Source of the DNA: Malacoraja senta
Taxonomy: Eukaryota
Reading direction: 5' to 3'
DNA: 64,000 nt
Assembly: GCA_038087875.1 (NCBI GenBank)
Contig: CM075988.1
Coordinates: 24,182,001-24,246,000, forward strand
Shown here piece by piece: positions 39,401-50,545 of this stretch. Every line of letters begins with the position of its first letter. Position 1 is the first letter of the stretch. The translations under genes and the position numbers were made by a program. Under the pieces are notes generated by a model. It made no database searches. It had not been told where the DNA came from and worked only from the letters and a program-made list of their open reading frames with translations.

Positions 39401-40864
39401 CCATTCGGCCCTTCGAGCCATTCAATGCGATCATCCCCAATCAGTTACCCCGTTCCAGCCTTCTCCCTATAACCCCTGACTCCGCTAAATACTAGAAGAC
39501 ATAGGTTTAAGGAGGAAGAGGAACAGTTTAATGGACATGTTTGGGGCAAGTTATTTTTTAAAGAAACACTGCGATAGCAGGCTGCAATGCGCTGCCAGGG
39601 GTAGTGGTGGAAGCAGCATGACAGTGGCATTTAAGACTTTCAGACAAGCGTATCAATGCAGGAAATGGAGGACAACCGAACACATGCAGACAAAAGCGAT
39701 TAGTTTAATTTGGCATAATGAATGATGCAGACATCGTGGGCCGAAGCATGAACTATAAATTTGAAAAAAGGGATATCAGACTTTATCCGACAGTTATTTT
39801 AATCCTGTCTTTTATATTTTCACAATGAGTTACAGAATTATTCTGTGACTCAAATCTGTTGATGCAGAACTACAGTTTACAAGAAAGAAAAAATAATCTC
39901 TCAAACAAAGACAGGGAAATATGAGATACATGCCAAAAGGCTAGTTCCTCTAACAGGAGGCTCTGCGTCAAAAAAAACAGAATCACCCGCTTGGGACCAA
40001 GACGAGAAGCTTCTTTATTTACAGGTACAGGAACAAATGTATCCTTCTGAAGGGGAATTGTATGCAGGGCATTAATCCAAGGAGCCAACTCTGCACACAA
40101 TCGCATTAGGATTGAGGGAGCATTTATCCTGTTTGTATTCAGTCTAGTTTAGTTTAGAGATACATTGTGGAAACACACCCTTCGGCCCATCGAGTCCATG
40201 CCGCCCAGCGAACCCCACGCATTAACACCACCCTACACACACAAGGGACAATTTTTACATTTATACCAAGCCAATTAACCGCCAAACCTCTATGTCCGTA
40301 AGGCAGCGGGGGAGGAAACTGAAGATCTCGGGGGGAAAAACCCCCCATGCAGGTCACGGGGAGAATGTACAAACTCCATACAGACAGCACCCATTGTCAG
40401 ATCTAACCCAGGTCTCTGGTGCTGTAAGGCACCATATGGGTAACTCCGGTTTCCTCCCACACTCCAAAGATGTGCAGGTTCGTAAGTTAATGGGCTTCTG
40501 CTAATTGTAAATTGTTGCTAGTGTGTAGGATCGTGCTAGTGTATGGGGCGAGAACTGGTTGGCGTGGATTCATTCACAAGGCCAAAGTGGCTGTTTCCAC
40601 TCTGTATATCTAAAGAAAAAAGACTAAATCTGCCCATCAAACCTCACTTTCCCGGTTCCACCCATCACCTCCAGCATCCGTCTCACTCTCTCTTTTCTAC
40701 ATGCTGGCTATCTTCCCTTTATATCCTCCATCCTAACGTTGTGTCTAGAATGTGGCATAATGCTAGCATACAGGGTGATGGCTGGTTGGCACAGACTCTG
40801 TGGGCCGAAGGGCCTGTTCACACCCTACATATCTAAATCTGTAGTTAATCTGCACTGTTTTGGC

Positions 40865-41730
40865 ACTCTCAGTGGATAGCACTCCCACCCGAATCAGAAG
40901 GTCAGAAAACTTTATCCTGGGCCTCCTCCATTGTCAGAATGAGCCCAAACACAAATTGGAGGAACAGCATCTCATATTCCCCTTGAGCAGCTTCCAACCC
41001 AGGGGTACGATTTTAGATTTCTCCAACTTCAATTAATCCCTGCATTCCCTCTCACTCTCCATCCCTCCCCAACCAAGTCACACCAGCTTCTCGTTCTCAC
41101 CTAGCAAACAGCTAACTATGGCCCGTTTCCTTTATTGTTGTTACTTTTTTTTTACATATCTTCCATTCATTTGTTCTATATCTCTCTACATCGTCGTCTA
41201 TATCTTTCATTTTCCTTTCCCGCGACTCTCAGTCTGAAGCAGGATCTCGACCCGAAACGTCACCCATTCACTCTCTCCAGAGATGCTGCCTGTCCTGCTG
41301 AGTTACTCCAGCACTTCGTGTCTATCCTCAGAAGGCAACAACCTTGAGTCACGATGAAAGCACGCCATTTCCTCTGGCACTTTGTGGCGCTGTATTGAGG
41401 GAGTTGTGCACTGCTGGAAAAGCTGGCCTCCGACTAAAATCATCGAAGCAAGGCCTGTCTGCCCTCTCCGCTGGATGCAGAGATCCTTCTGCATTATTCA
41501 ACTGCAGCATCTCTCGCTGGAGCCTGCTAATTATCCCCTGTGCCAGTAATTATCCCTCAAGTCACATCAGTAAAAACGAAAAGCAAAGGGCTGTGATCAC
41601 CTTGCTGTTTGTGAGCCCCCGCTGTGCAGAGTAGCAGTTACATTTTCCACATGACAGGTATCTGTGACGCACAGTCAAAGTTAATTGCCCATAATGCGCG
41701 TTGGGAATTGGAGACAGTGAAAGGGACCGA
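40865..41730 (+). mobile_element. Ancient DeuSINE-type (SacSINE1/AmnSINE1-like) relic, split by the Penelope insertion
   Basis: Head ctcagtggatagcactc..tcagaagg; core gtattgagggagttgtgcactgctgga..ggcctgtctgccctctccgctggatgcagagatcc..tatccctcaa..gatcaccttgctgtttgtg; matches the recalled Deu-domain consensus. Confidence 0.6.
40911..41327 (+). mobile_element. Penelope-like retroelement 3' end: GIY-YIG endonuclease C-terminus (40911-41036), 3' UTR, hammerhead-like motif and terminal repeat; 8-bp direct repeat TCAGAAGG (40894-40901 / 41328-41335)
   Basis: Translation FILGLLHCQNEPKHKLEEQHLIFPLSSFQPRGTILDFSNFN* resembles the PLE GIY-YIG terminus (KLEEQHLIFRLG.LQP.G.N..FSNF). It runs directly into ctgaagcaggatctcgacccgaaacgtcacc and the abundant short repeat. 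Confidence 0.85.
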
Positions 41731-41987
41731 GCGAACCCCATCCCTTATTCAAGTTCAAGTTCCATTTATTGTCCCATGTCCCAATTGGTACAGTGAGATT
41801 GGAGATATCATCATCCATACAAATAAACAACACACACAATAGTTCAACATGAACATCCCCACACAGCGGAATCAACGTTTCCCACTGTGAGGGAAGGCAA
41901 TAAAGTTCAGTCATCTTCCTCCTTGTTCACCCGTGGTCGGGGCCTTTGAGGCCTCCGCAGTCCCCGCTACGGATGGCCCGATGTTTC

Positions 41988-42423
41988 AATAGACAATAGA
42001 CAATAGGTGCAGGAGTAGGCCAGTCAGCCCTTCCAGCCAGCACCGCCATTCAATGTGATCATGGCTGATCATCCCCAATCAGTACCCCGTTCCTGCCTTC
42101 TCCCCATATCCCCGACTGCTATTTTTAAGAGCCCCATCTAGCTCTCTCTTGAAAGCATCCAGAGAACCCGCCTCCACCTCCCTCCGAGGCAGAGAATTCC
42201 ACAGACTCGCCACTCTCTGTGAGAAAAAGTGTTTCCTCATCTCCTTTCTAAATGGCTTACCCCTTATTCTTAAACTGTGGCCCCTGGTTCTGGACACCCC
42301 CAACATCGGGAACATGTTTCCTGCCTCTAGCGTGTCCAAGCCCTTAACAATCTTATATGTTTCAATGATAATCCCTCTCATCCTTCTAAAGTCCAGAGTG
42401 TACAAGTCCAGCTGCTCCATTCT
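41988..42423 (-). mobile_element. CR1-clade LINE 3' fragment
   Basis: ORF 42079-42453 is the CR1 ORF2 C-terminus; (atagaca)n tail near 41990. Confidence 0.9.
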
Positions 42424-44125
42424 CAGGCCCTCTCGCCGGGAAGATTTGAGCACGGGCGTCAGAACTGAAGGATAATTCCAGCAATCTCACTTCTCCATTC
42501 AAGACCTGCGTTATCCCCAGAGATTAGTATTAAAAAAAACATGTTTGATTGCCAGTTTTTAAACAGTTTGTGAATTCCCGTTAATCCATTCCTCACATCC
42601 GCTCTGCACCCACAGCTTTCTTAGAGGTCAACAGACCCAAGCCCATGCCAACCATCAAGAATATAGAGGTGTACAAAATCATGAGACGAATAGATCAGGT
42701 AGACGCAGAGTCTTTTGCCCAGAGGTGAATCGAGGACCAGAGGACATAGGTTTAAGGTGAAAGGAAAATGATTCAATAGGATTCTGAGCAGTAACTTTTT
42801 CCACAAAGGGTGGTGGGTATATGGAACGAGCTGCCAGAGGTAGTTGAGCCAGGGACTATCCCAACGTTTAAGACACAGTTAGACAAGTATGGAGGGATAT
42901 GTGCCAAACTCAGGCAGGTGGGACTAGTGTAGATGGGACATGTTGGTCAGTGTGGGCAAGTTGGGCCTGTTTCCACACTGTATTACTCTAACCCACATAT
43001 ATAAAAATCATTTTAGTCTCCCCAAATTCCCATTAAATCCACACCAGACTACCTCTCACCTGCACACCAGCGGCCATTCACTGTGGAAATTAATGTACCA
43101 ATGCAGCTACCTTTGTGATGTGGGAGGAATGAGCATCTCGGATGAGCCCACATGGTTACAGGGTGAACGAGCAAACTCCACACAAAATGGAGGTCAGGAT
43201 CGAACAGGATGTTACAGGAGCTCAGCCATTGTGCCAAACCGCACCAATCTGCACTTTCAAGCAGAGGATAGACACAAAACGCTGGAGTAGCTCAGAATCC
43301 AGAGATGCTGCCTGTCCCACTCAGTTACTCCAGCATTGTGTCCATCTTCGGTTTAAACCAGCAGCTGCAGTTCCTTCCTCACACAACTGCTGGAGGAACT
43401 CAATATTTCAGAAATCATAGTGCGTCTAAACTTGGGGTAAACCAGCATCTGCAGTTACTTCCTGCACGGTTGATTATATTAGTTGAGTCACAGAGAATTT
43501 GTGTGAGGAAAGTTCAGGGGCAAAAGGAACATCGATACACAAAAGACATTGTGGAGAATGGCTGGTTTTTATTTTTTTTACTGGAGAGAGGTGCGAGGAG
43601 TTTCTTGTGGTCCAGTGTTAGGCCCTCGGCCATTTTTGATGTTTGTTAATGATTTCATTAACAAACAAGAATTTCATTGTTCCGTTTCGGGACATAGGAC
43701 GACAAAACTCCCGAGGAAGCATCTGTGGAGGAAATGGACAGATGTTATGGGTTGAAATCCTTTCAGAATGAAGGAGGATCCCGAGCCAAAACATCTGTCC
43801 ATTCACTACAGATAAGCTGCCTGACCCCAGTACTTTATTTTTTGATCATGTTCCCAGACTGGGATTGCAGTAGCATCTTCAACCAGTATTCCAGACACTA
43901 TTACTCGATGAAAACAAATATTTGACGAAACTCTTCAATTATTCGAGTTGGCCTCGGCTGCAGATACACCACCTTACAGAGCAGCTGCTCAAGCAGGGGC
44001 TGGGAAACATTCCTAAAAGGAGAATTTGATAGTGGACTGAGAAAGAGGAAAGTTGAAGAAGAATGAATGGAGCAGGGGAGGATTACACCAGGATGTATCA
44101 AGGAAGAGAACAGAAGGTGCGTGAC

Positions 44126-44424
44126 TAGGGTTGCCAACTTTCTCACTCCCGAATAAGGGGACAAAAAGTCAAAATACAAGACAAATTCCCGACGGCAATT
44201 CGTTGACCGACTCAGCCGTGGCAGGGTGAATGATGAGTTGGCCCGGGTGCTGGACTGCACACAAAGCCCAGCCGGCGGGCCAGCTGAGGAGTTCTGGCCC
44301 GCGCAAAGTCTGGCACCTCATCCAACTCATGAACCCATGATCAGCCATGAGAAGGAGGGGTGGTGGTGGTAAGCGAAGGTCCGCAGGTCGGACAGCTGGC
44401 CGGGCTGCTGACCGACAGGCCGGC
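44126..44424 (+). mobile_element. hAT (Blackjack-like) element, truncated second copy
   Basis: tagggttgccaactttctcactccc.. colinear with 11458-11745. Confidence 0.7.
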
Positions 44425-44799
44425 AAGACGCTTGTGAATGTACTGCCTGGGTTGCATACAAAACAAAGCATTTCACTGCACCTAGGTACATGCAACAATA
44501 AAGTGTCACTCATTAGATCGGGGTTGAAGCTGCGTTGCTGCAGTTGAAAGGTAGCAACTTTGCCTGCAACAATGCATTACACTCAAGACAGACACAAAAT
44601 GCTGGAGTAACACAGCGGGATGGGCAGCATCTCTGGAGAGACGGAATGGGTGACGTTTCGAGTCGAGTCCCTTCTTCAGACCTCCAGAGATGTTGCCTGT
44701 CCCACTGAGTTACTCCAGCATTTTGTGTCTATCTATGGTTTAAACCTGCATCTGCAGTTCCTTCCTACACACTGCATAACACTCGTTAGGCAGGGAGCT

Positions 44800-45400
44800 C
44801 CAGGATTCTGATCCAGTGGTGAAGGAAGGAAATTGTCAAGATGCTTTTGCTTTCTCCGAGCCTTTTGTTCCCGTACATGACTTGGGAAAGGCGGGATAAT
44901 GTGCTCTGTCACGTTGACTAAAATAACCAGAAAATCTGTTTCCACTGGACTCTGAGTCTCCCTGCTGTGCCCGCCAAGGCAGGGAGTCGATTCCCAGGAG
45001 AATTGATGGATGGTTAATTGTCAAGGCCTTGGGGAATGAAAATCTCCTGCAAGTCCGATGCGATGTAATGGCCGTTAGATCAAGATTTTGTGACATTCTG
45101 CAAACAGTTATTAAAGTTGACATTTCAAATGATGATTATTTATTTGCCACAAATGTGAAAGACGACGGTAAGTCATTGGGTTTATAAAAATCACAAAAAA
45201 AAATCAGAAAGCATAAATATTTACATAATTCTGTCATTTATAATAAATGGATAAGAATATTTCTGTCAGCGCAAAGTGGGTGAAAAACAAAATTGTGAAA
45301 ACAAGCACTTTCCTGATGCCCATCGCGTCTTTGGCTGTCAGGCCCGTATCGAATATATTCCACATGCTGTTGCTGTCACAAGAACACAGGAGAATTAGAG
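44800..45400. promoter_or_regulatory. Candidate conserved non-coding enhancer with Pbx-Hox plus Meis motif cluster
   Basis: TGATGGATGG at 45004-45013, TTGTCA at 45018-45023, and about 8 more TGACA/TGTCA in 600 repeat-free bp. Confidence 0.4.
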
Positions 45401-45791
45401 CGTTTGAAGAAGGGTCTCGACCCGAAACGTCACCCATTCCCTCTCTCCAGAGATGCCAATTGGCCTTCCCTATCTTACAGTCTGAAGAAGGGTCTCGACC
45501 CAAAACGTCACCCATTCCTTCTCTCCAGAGATGCTGCCCATCCCGCTGAGTCACTCCACCATTTTGTGTCTATCTTTGGTGTAAACCAGCACCTGCAGTT
45601 CCTTCCCACTCACGAGAAGTGGGAACAGATGGAGGCTACTCGAAGCCCACCATTTGACGAGATCATGGTTGATCTACCCCAAGACACTGCCCTCCGATTT
45701 CTGAACAATTTCCCCCACTACAGCCCTGTACGGGATTAAAGATATTTGCAATAAGACCTTTTCTAAACTTTTCTTTCTCAATGGAACCTTA

Positions 45792-46090
45792 AGGACTTGT
45801 CCCATTTACGCGATTTTTCAGCGACTTGCCGGCACCCATCATAGTCGAAGCAGGTCGCCGAAAAATCTCGAAAAGTTGAAAATCCAGCAGCGACCAGATA
45901 AAGGTACGACTCTTTGGGCGACTACTCACCACCAAACAGGTGTTTGAGTCATGAGTAGTCGCCCAAAGAGTCGTACCTATTTCTGGTCGCCACTGGATTT
46001 AACATTTTGAACATTTTCGGTGACCTGCTGCGACTATGACGGGTGCCGGCAAGTCACCGAAAAAAAATCGCGTAAGTGGGACAAGGCCTT
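45792..46090. mobile_element. PIF/Harbinger-like fold-back MITE (~300 bp, long inverted arms), TTA TSD
   Basis: TTA|aggacttgtcccatttacgcgattttt..gacttgccggcaccc.. mirrored by ..gggtgccggcaagtc..aaaatcgcgtaagtgggacaaggcctt|TTA. Confidence 0.85.
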
Positions 46091-46519
46091 TTAGGCAATT
46101 GCCATAATGCCGGATTTGAACACAAAGAACCAAAAATTTCCCAGGCAGTTTGAGAACTGCAATAGGCTGGCCCAAGACTTGGCTAGTAATTACAATACCA
46201 ACTGACTGGAAGACAAAGCCCCAGACTGAAGAACCAAATAAAAAAAATAAAAAAACAGTGCTGGAGTAACTCAGCAGGTCAGGCAACATCCCCGGAGGAC
46301 ATGGATAGGTGGTGTTTCGGGTCGGGACCCATTTTCAGGCTGGGTTCAGACCACCCCATTTCATAAAAAAGGCCATAAATACAGGGCTTATTTAAGTAAA
46401 AAGGTGTCCAACATTAATACTCTTTCTGCTGACTGGTTAGCATGCAACAAAACGTTTTTCACTGTACCTCAACACAGGTGACAATAAGCTAAACTATTAT
46501 CCAAAGGTGGGGGTGGCTC

Positions 46520-46850
46520 GACGATGGCGGGATGTGCAGTCTCAATTCTGGTGACAATTCTGCACAAAAACCTGCGCATGAATGAGTTCAAGGTGTACCC
46601 CACCCTCTTGGCCACAGAAGTCAGAGTCCCAGTGGTATGAACAATCATCACGGTTAGAGACTTCTTGGCTGCAGTGGATAGCCATGTAGTGTTTCGTGCT
46701 CCGACCAGCCCTTCGCATTCCACAGTACGTCACTGCGTCGGCTTTCCAGCCGTTGGTTCATAAAGATCTTTTCCTTCATGGAAAGCAGACTTTCCATGAA
46801 GGATGAGCATGTCCCACAGGTTGAACTGGACTACATGGTACCGGCTGTAA
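46520..46850 (-). pseudogene. Highly decayed L1/Tx1-type ORF2 C-terminal fragment
   Basis: Frameshifted pieces SFME.., HCSQEVSNR and LNSFMRR lie in the same order as the recalled Tx1 motifs SFVEK, ASSPELSNK and VRSFMHAR. Confidence 0.35.
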
Positions 46851-48315
46851 GGCTACGTTAGCCTTATTCCCCTCGTAAATGTAGGAGGCATGGGAGAGGA
46901 TATTTGGGAGTAAACTCAATACGAGAGAAAAAAAAAGATCATTAATATTTAGCATGCCTGAAGCTTTGCATTCCGCTGTGTGGATGGGTTATACAAGTCT
47001 TGCATTTCTATTAGACCTCAGTATCCCAAAGTACTTTCATCATGTTGGAGACATGTCAGCCACTCTCAAACAGCAAGCTGTCAAAATTACTAGGACCAAC
47101 AATCGATTGAGACACAAATATTGACCGTGATACCATGGAGAAAAGGATCGTTCTGGTTCTCCTCATGGGGAAGATGAGGGCTTCAGTTTCAATGTAGAGA
47201 TTATAAGCATCATGCGAGTTGTGAATTCCATTGTGCTCAAATTGGCCATCGCATCATTGATTAGAATTCCTTCATTGCACATTTGTGCTGCGATTGTAAC
47301 AGGCACCAAATACAATTTTAGTTTAGTTTCGAGATACGGCGCAGAAACGGGCCCTTCGCCCCACCGAGTCCGCGCCCGACCAGCAATCCCCCCCCCCGTA
47401 CACAGCACTATCCTGCACACCAGGGACAATTTACAATTTTTACCCAAGCCAATTAACTACAAAACCTGCAAGTCTTTGGATTATGGGAGAAAGAAACCAG
47501 AGATCTCGGGGCAAACCCTGCAGGCCACGGGGGAAACGTACAAATTCCGTACAGACAGCACGTATAGTCTGGATCAAACCCGGATCTCTGGCACTGTAAG
47601 GCAGCAACTCTACCCCCTGCGCCACCATGCTGCTCCTTTCCAATTATTTCCAGTCCTGTCAACGCGAGGTGCAATCAAAATGCACAGCATCCCTCAAATC
47701 AAAATCAGGAGTTTGCCGAGCGCTTTGCTTTTACAAAACTGTCGTTCGTCCCACTGGCTTGTTGATTTGTTTTTGCATTGAATCATTTCCCTTTCATGCG
47801 AATTACAGAGAACACTACTGGTGTCGGTGTGACAGGCACAGATTACCAAGCACAACGCCATTCATACACATGTCAGGCAATTTCCTACAAATGAACGTTA
47901 TTTTCTTGTAAAGCCTTAATCAATAAATTTGCAGGAGCCTCACAATATTGCAGTATTCTTGAAAATTTCACCATACACGCATGCTGACAGAAACAACTGG
48001 AGAAACACGTTTCGGATCAAAGGCCTTTTGTCCTGAAGAGTCCCGTCTTTGTCTTCCCATTGACGGTTCTCAACAAACTGAGCGTTTCCTGCAATCCCTC
48101 TTTATAGTTCAGAATTCTAGCACCTTAGTTTAGTTTAAACAGCGCCGAAACCAGCCCTTCGACCCATCAAGTCCGCACCGACTCCCGCACATCCGATACT
48201 AGGGACATTTTTAAAACAAATTTACACCAAGCATTAACCTACAAACCTGGGTACACAATAGTGCTGGAGAAACTCAGCGGGTGCAAGCAGCATCTATGGA
48301 GCGAAGGAAATAGGC

Positions 48316-48343
48316 AACGTTTCGGGCCGAAACCCTTCTTCAG
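48316..48343 (-). ncRNA. Minimal hammerhead-like core, second PLE subfamily (UUCG loop)
   Basis: Minus strand CTGAAGA-A-GGGT(TTCG)GCCC-GAAA-CGTT. The insertion sits in a SINE and is flanked by the 14-bp repeat aacctacaaacctg. Confidence 0.5.
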
Positions 48344-48941
48344 ACCACTCCTCCTCCAACCTACAAACCTGTACGTCTTTGGAGTGTGGGAGGAAACCGG
48401 AGCACCCGGAGAAAACCCACGCAGGTCACGGGGACAGCACCAATACTCAGGATCAAGCCCGGGTCTTTGGCGCTGTGAGGTAGCAGCTCTACCGCTGCGC
48501 CACCGTGTATAAATACCCTCCCTTCCCAGAAAGGTGAACGATGGCTCATTGAAGATAGACACAAAAAGCTGGAGTAACTCAGCAAGTCAGACAACATCTC
48601 TGGAGAAAAGGAATGCGTGATGTTTCGGGTCATTGGAGGTCAGTATCATACTCTTAACCTATTAACTTTTATGGAAGATTAATCCACAAATATCAAACTT
48701 AAATTATCCAGTTAGTAAAATCCTGAATGCCATCTTCTGTTAAGCAGCACACATTTCATCACAGGTACCAACTTAAGAAAAGTCATACGTCGAGCTTTGG
48801 ACAGTCAATCGAGTTGTGAATTTCAAACCATCACACAACCACAGAGAAGATAGCAGGTAAAAATGCTGGAGAAACTCAGCAGGCGAGGCAGCATCTATGG
48901 AGCAAAGGAATAGGTGACGTTGCGGGTCGAGACCCGGAAAG

Positions 48942-49302
48942 CAAAGATCCTATAGCGAGCAAGATAGTCCACTCGACGGAAAAAGACGTAGTACGGTCAT
49001 GGGCAGATTCATGGGTAATTTTAGGCCCCATTTCCGTATTCGGCTTCCGTCTCCGCACCAAAGATCCCATAGGATACTAGTGCGGAGACGGAAGCCGGTT
49101 ACAGAAACATGCTTGTAAAAATAAAAGTTATTTGGTAAAAATCCTCTCCTCATTTTCAGAATTTTAATTTATTAACACAAACTGTTCCCCCGCAACGTTG
49201 ATTACACTGCGAGTCGGGTCGGGTTCCGCTCCGTTGCGTACTACACGTCAGCCCATTGCATTTAGCAGGAGTGGTTGATCTTGCTCCACTGTAGGATCTT
49301 TG
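48942..49302. mobile_element. 361-bp non-autonomous DNA transposon, ~33-bp imperfect TIRs starting CAAAGATCCTA, 8-bp TSD CCGGAAAG (P-element-like)
   Basis: ccggaaag|caaagatcctatagcgagcaagatagtccactc ... gagtggttgatcttgctccactgtaggatctttg|ccggaaag. The uninterrupted target is seen in a paralogous repeat at 62391-62410. Confidence 0.85.
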
Positions 49303-49794
49303 CCGGAAAGCATCTATGGAGCTAAGGAGTAGGCGACGTTTCGGGTCGAGACCCGGAAGGGTCTCGACCCGAAACGTCTCCTATTCCTTCGCTCCATAGA
49401 TGCAACCTCATCCGCTGAGTTTCTCCAGCATTTTTGTCCACCTTCGATTTTCCCAGCAGCTGTAGTTTCTTTCTTAAACAGAGGAGATAGATGTGCAGCC
49501 TCTCAGTGTTTCTGTGTCCCAAGTGATGGTGTGTGCACCATAAACAATACTTGTTATGTAAATTAAATCGGGAATGTTTGTCATTCATTAAACATGAAAC
49601 ACTTCAGAATAGACATTTAATAAACAAGCTGATAGTTTGGCTTCAGAAAAAAAAATAAAAAATTCACAGCATCCCACACCGAATTCCCAAGATATTCCGC
49701 AGATCACAGACAATAGCAAACCTAGTCATTCAGGCTGCAGCTTCTAAATGACAATTTCCCACCGTACAGCTACTAAAGCAATCGGAAGAGCAAG

Positions 49795-50105
49795 AGATAG
49801 ACACCAAACACTGGAGTAACTGAACGGGACAGGCAGCATCTCTGGAGAGAAGGAATGGGGTGACGTTTCGGGTCGAGACCCTCCTTCAGACTGAGATTCG
49901 TGGGAGAAAGGGAAATGAGAGACATAGACGGTGATGTAGGGATATAGAACAAATGAATGAAAGGACATGCAAAAAAAGTGACGATGATAAAGGAACACAG
50001 GCCATTGTTTGCTGTTTGCCAGGTGAGAACGAGAAGCTGGTGCAACTTGGGGGGGGGGGCGGGGGAGAGAGAGAGAGAGAGGGAATGCCAGGGTTACTTG
50101 AAAGA
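49795..50105 (-). mobile_element. Penelope-like element 3' UTR plus terminal repeat
   Basis: Reverse complement aligns by eye with 41040-41327; motif CTGAAGGAGGGTCTCGACCCGAAACGTC. Confidence 0.8.
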
Positions 50106-50364
50106 GCAAGGGAATTACTGTGCAAAGCAACTTGGAGATGAATTTGGAATGAGAAATGATCCTAGGCATAGATAACCATGCAATCTGCAAATTGCAATGA
50201 GAAGCTGAAATATTTTCAGATTAACCTGTCTTTGTCAGACTTTATTCAGCATCATACTGAACACAAAAGATTAGATACTTGAATATCATCCTCCAAGAAT
50301 GTATTGGTATTTACATTAGAAGTCACTTATGAAAAGCATTAAACTAAGTTTTTTTTACACAGAT

Positions 50365-50545
50365 TATACACACACATTTTTATTTATATGTAATGTAATA
50401 TATATATACACACACACATATATATATATACTTGTGTGTGTATATAATATATATATATATACTTGTGTGTGTGTGTGTGTATATATGTTTGTTTATATAT
50501 GGACACATACACATATATGTGTGCATATATGAATTTACATACACA
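50365..50545. repeat. Compound (TA)n/(CA)n/(TG)n microsatellite
   Basis: Direct inspection. Confidence 0.95.

Noticed and set aside
47212..47781. 189-aa ORF (and similar 3833-4297, 13291-13767)
   Set aside because: Mostly SINE or MITE sequence; the same pseudo-peptides recur in many SINE copies.
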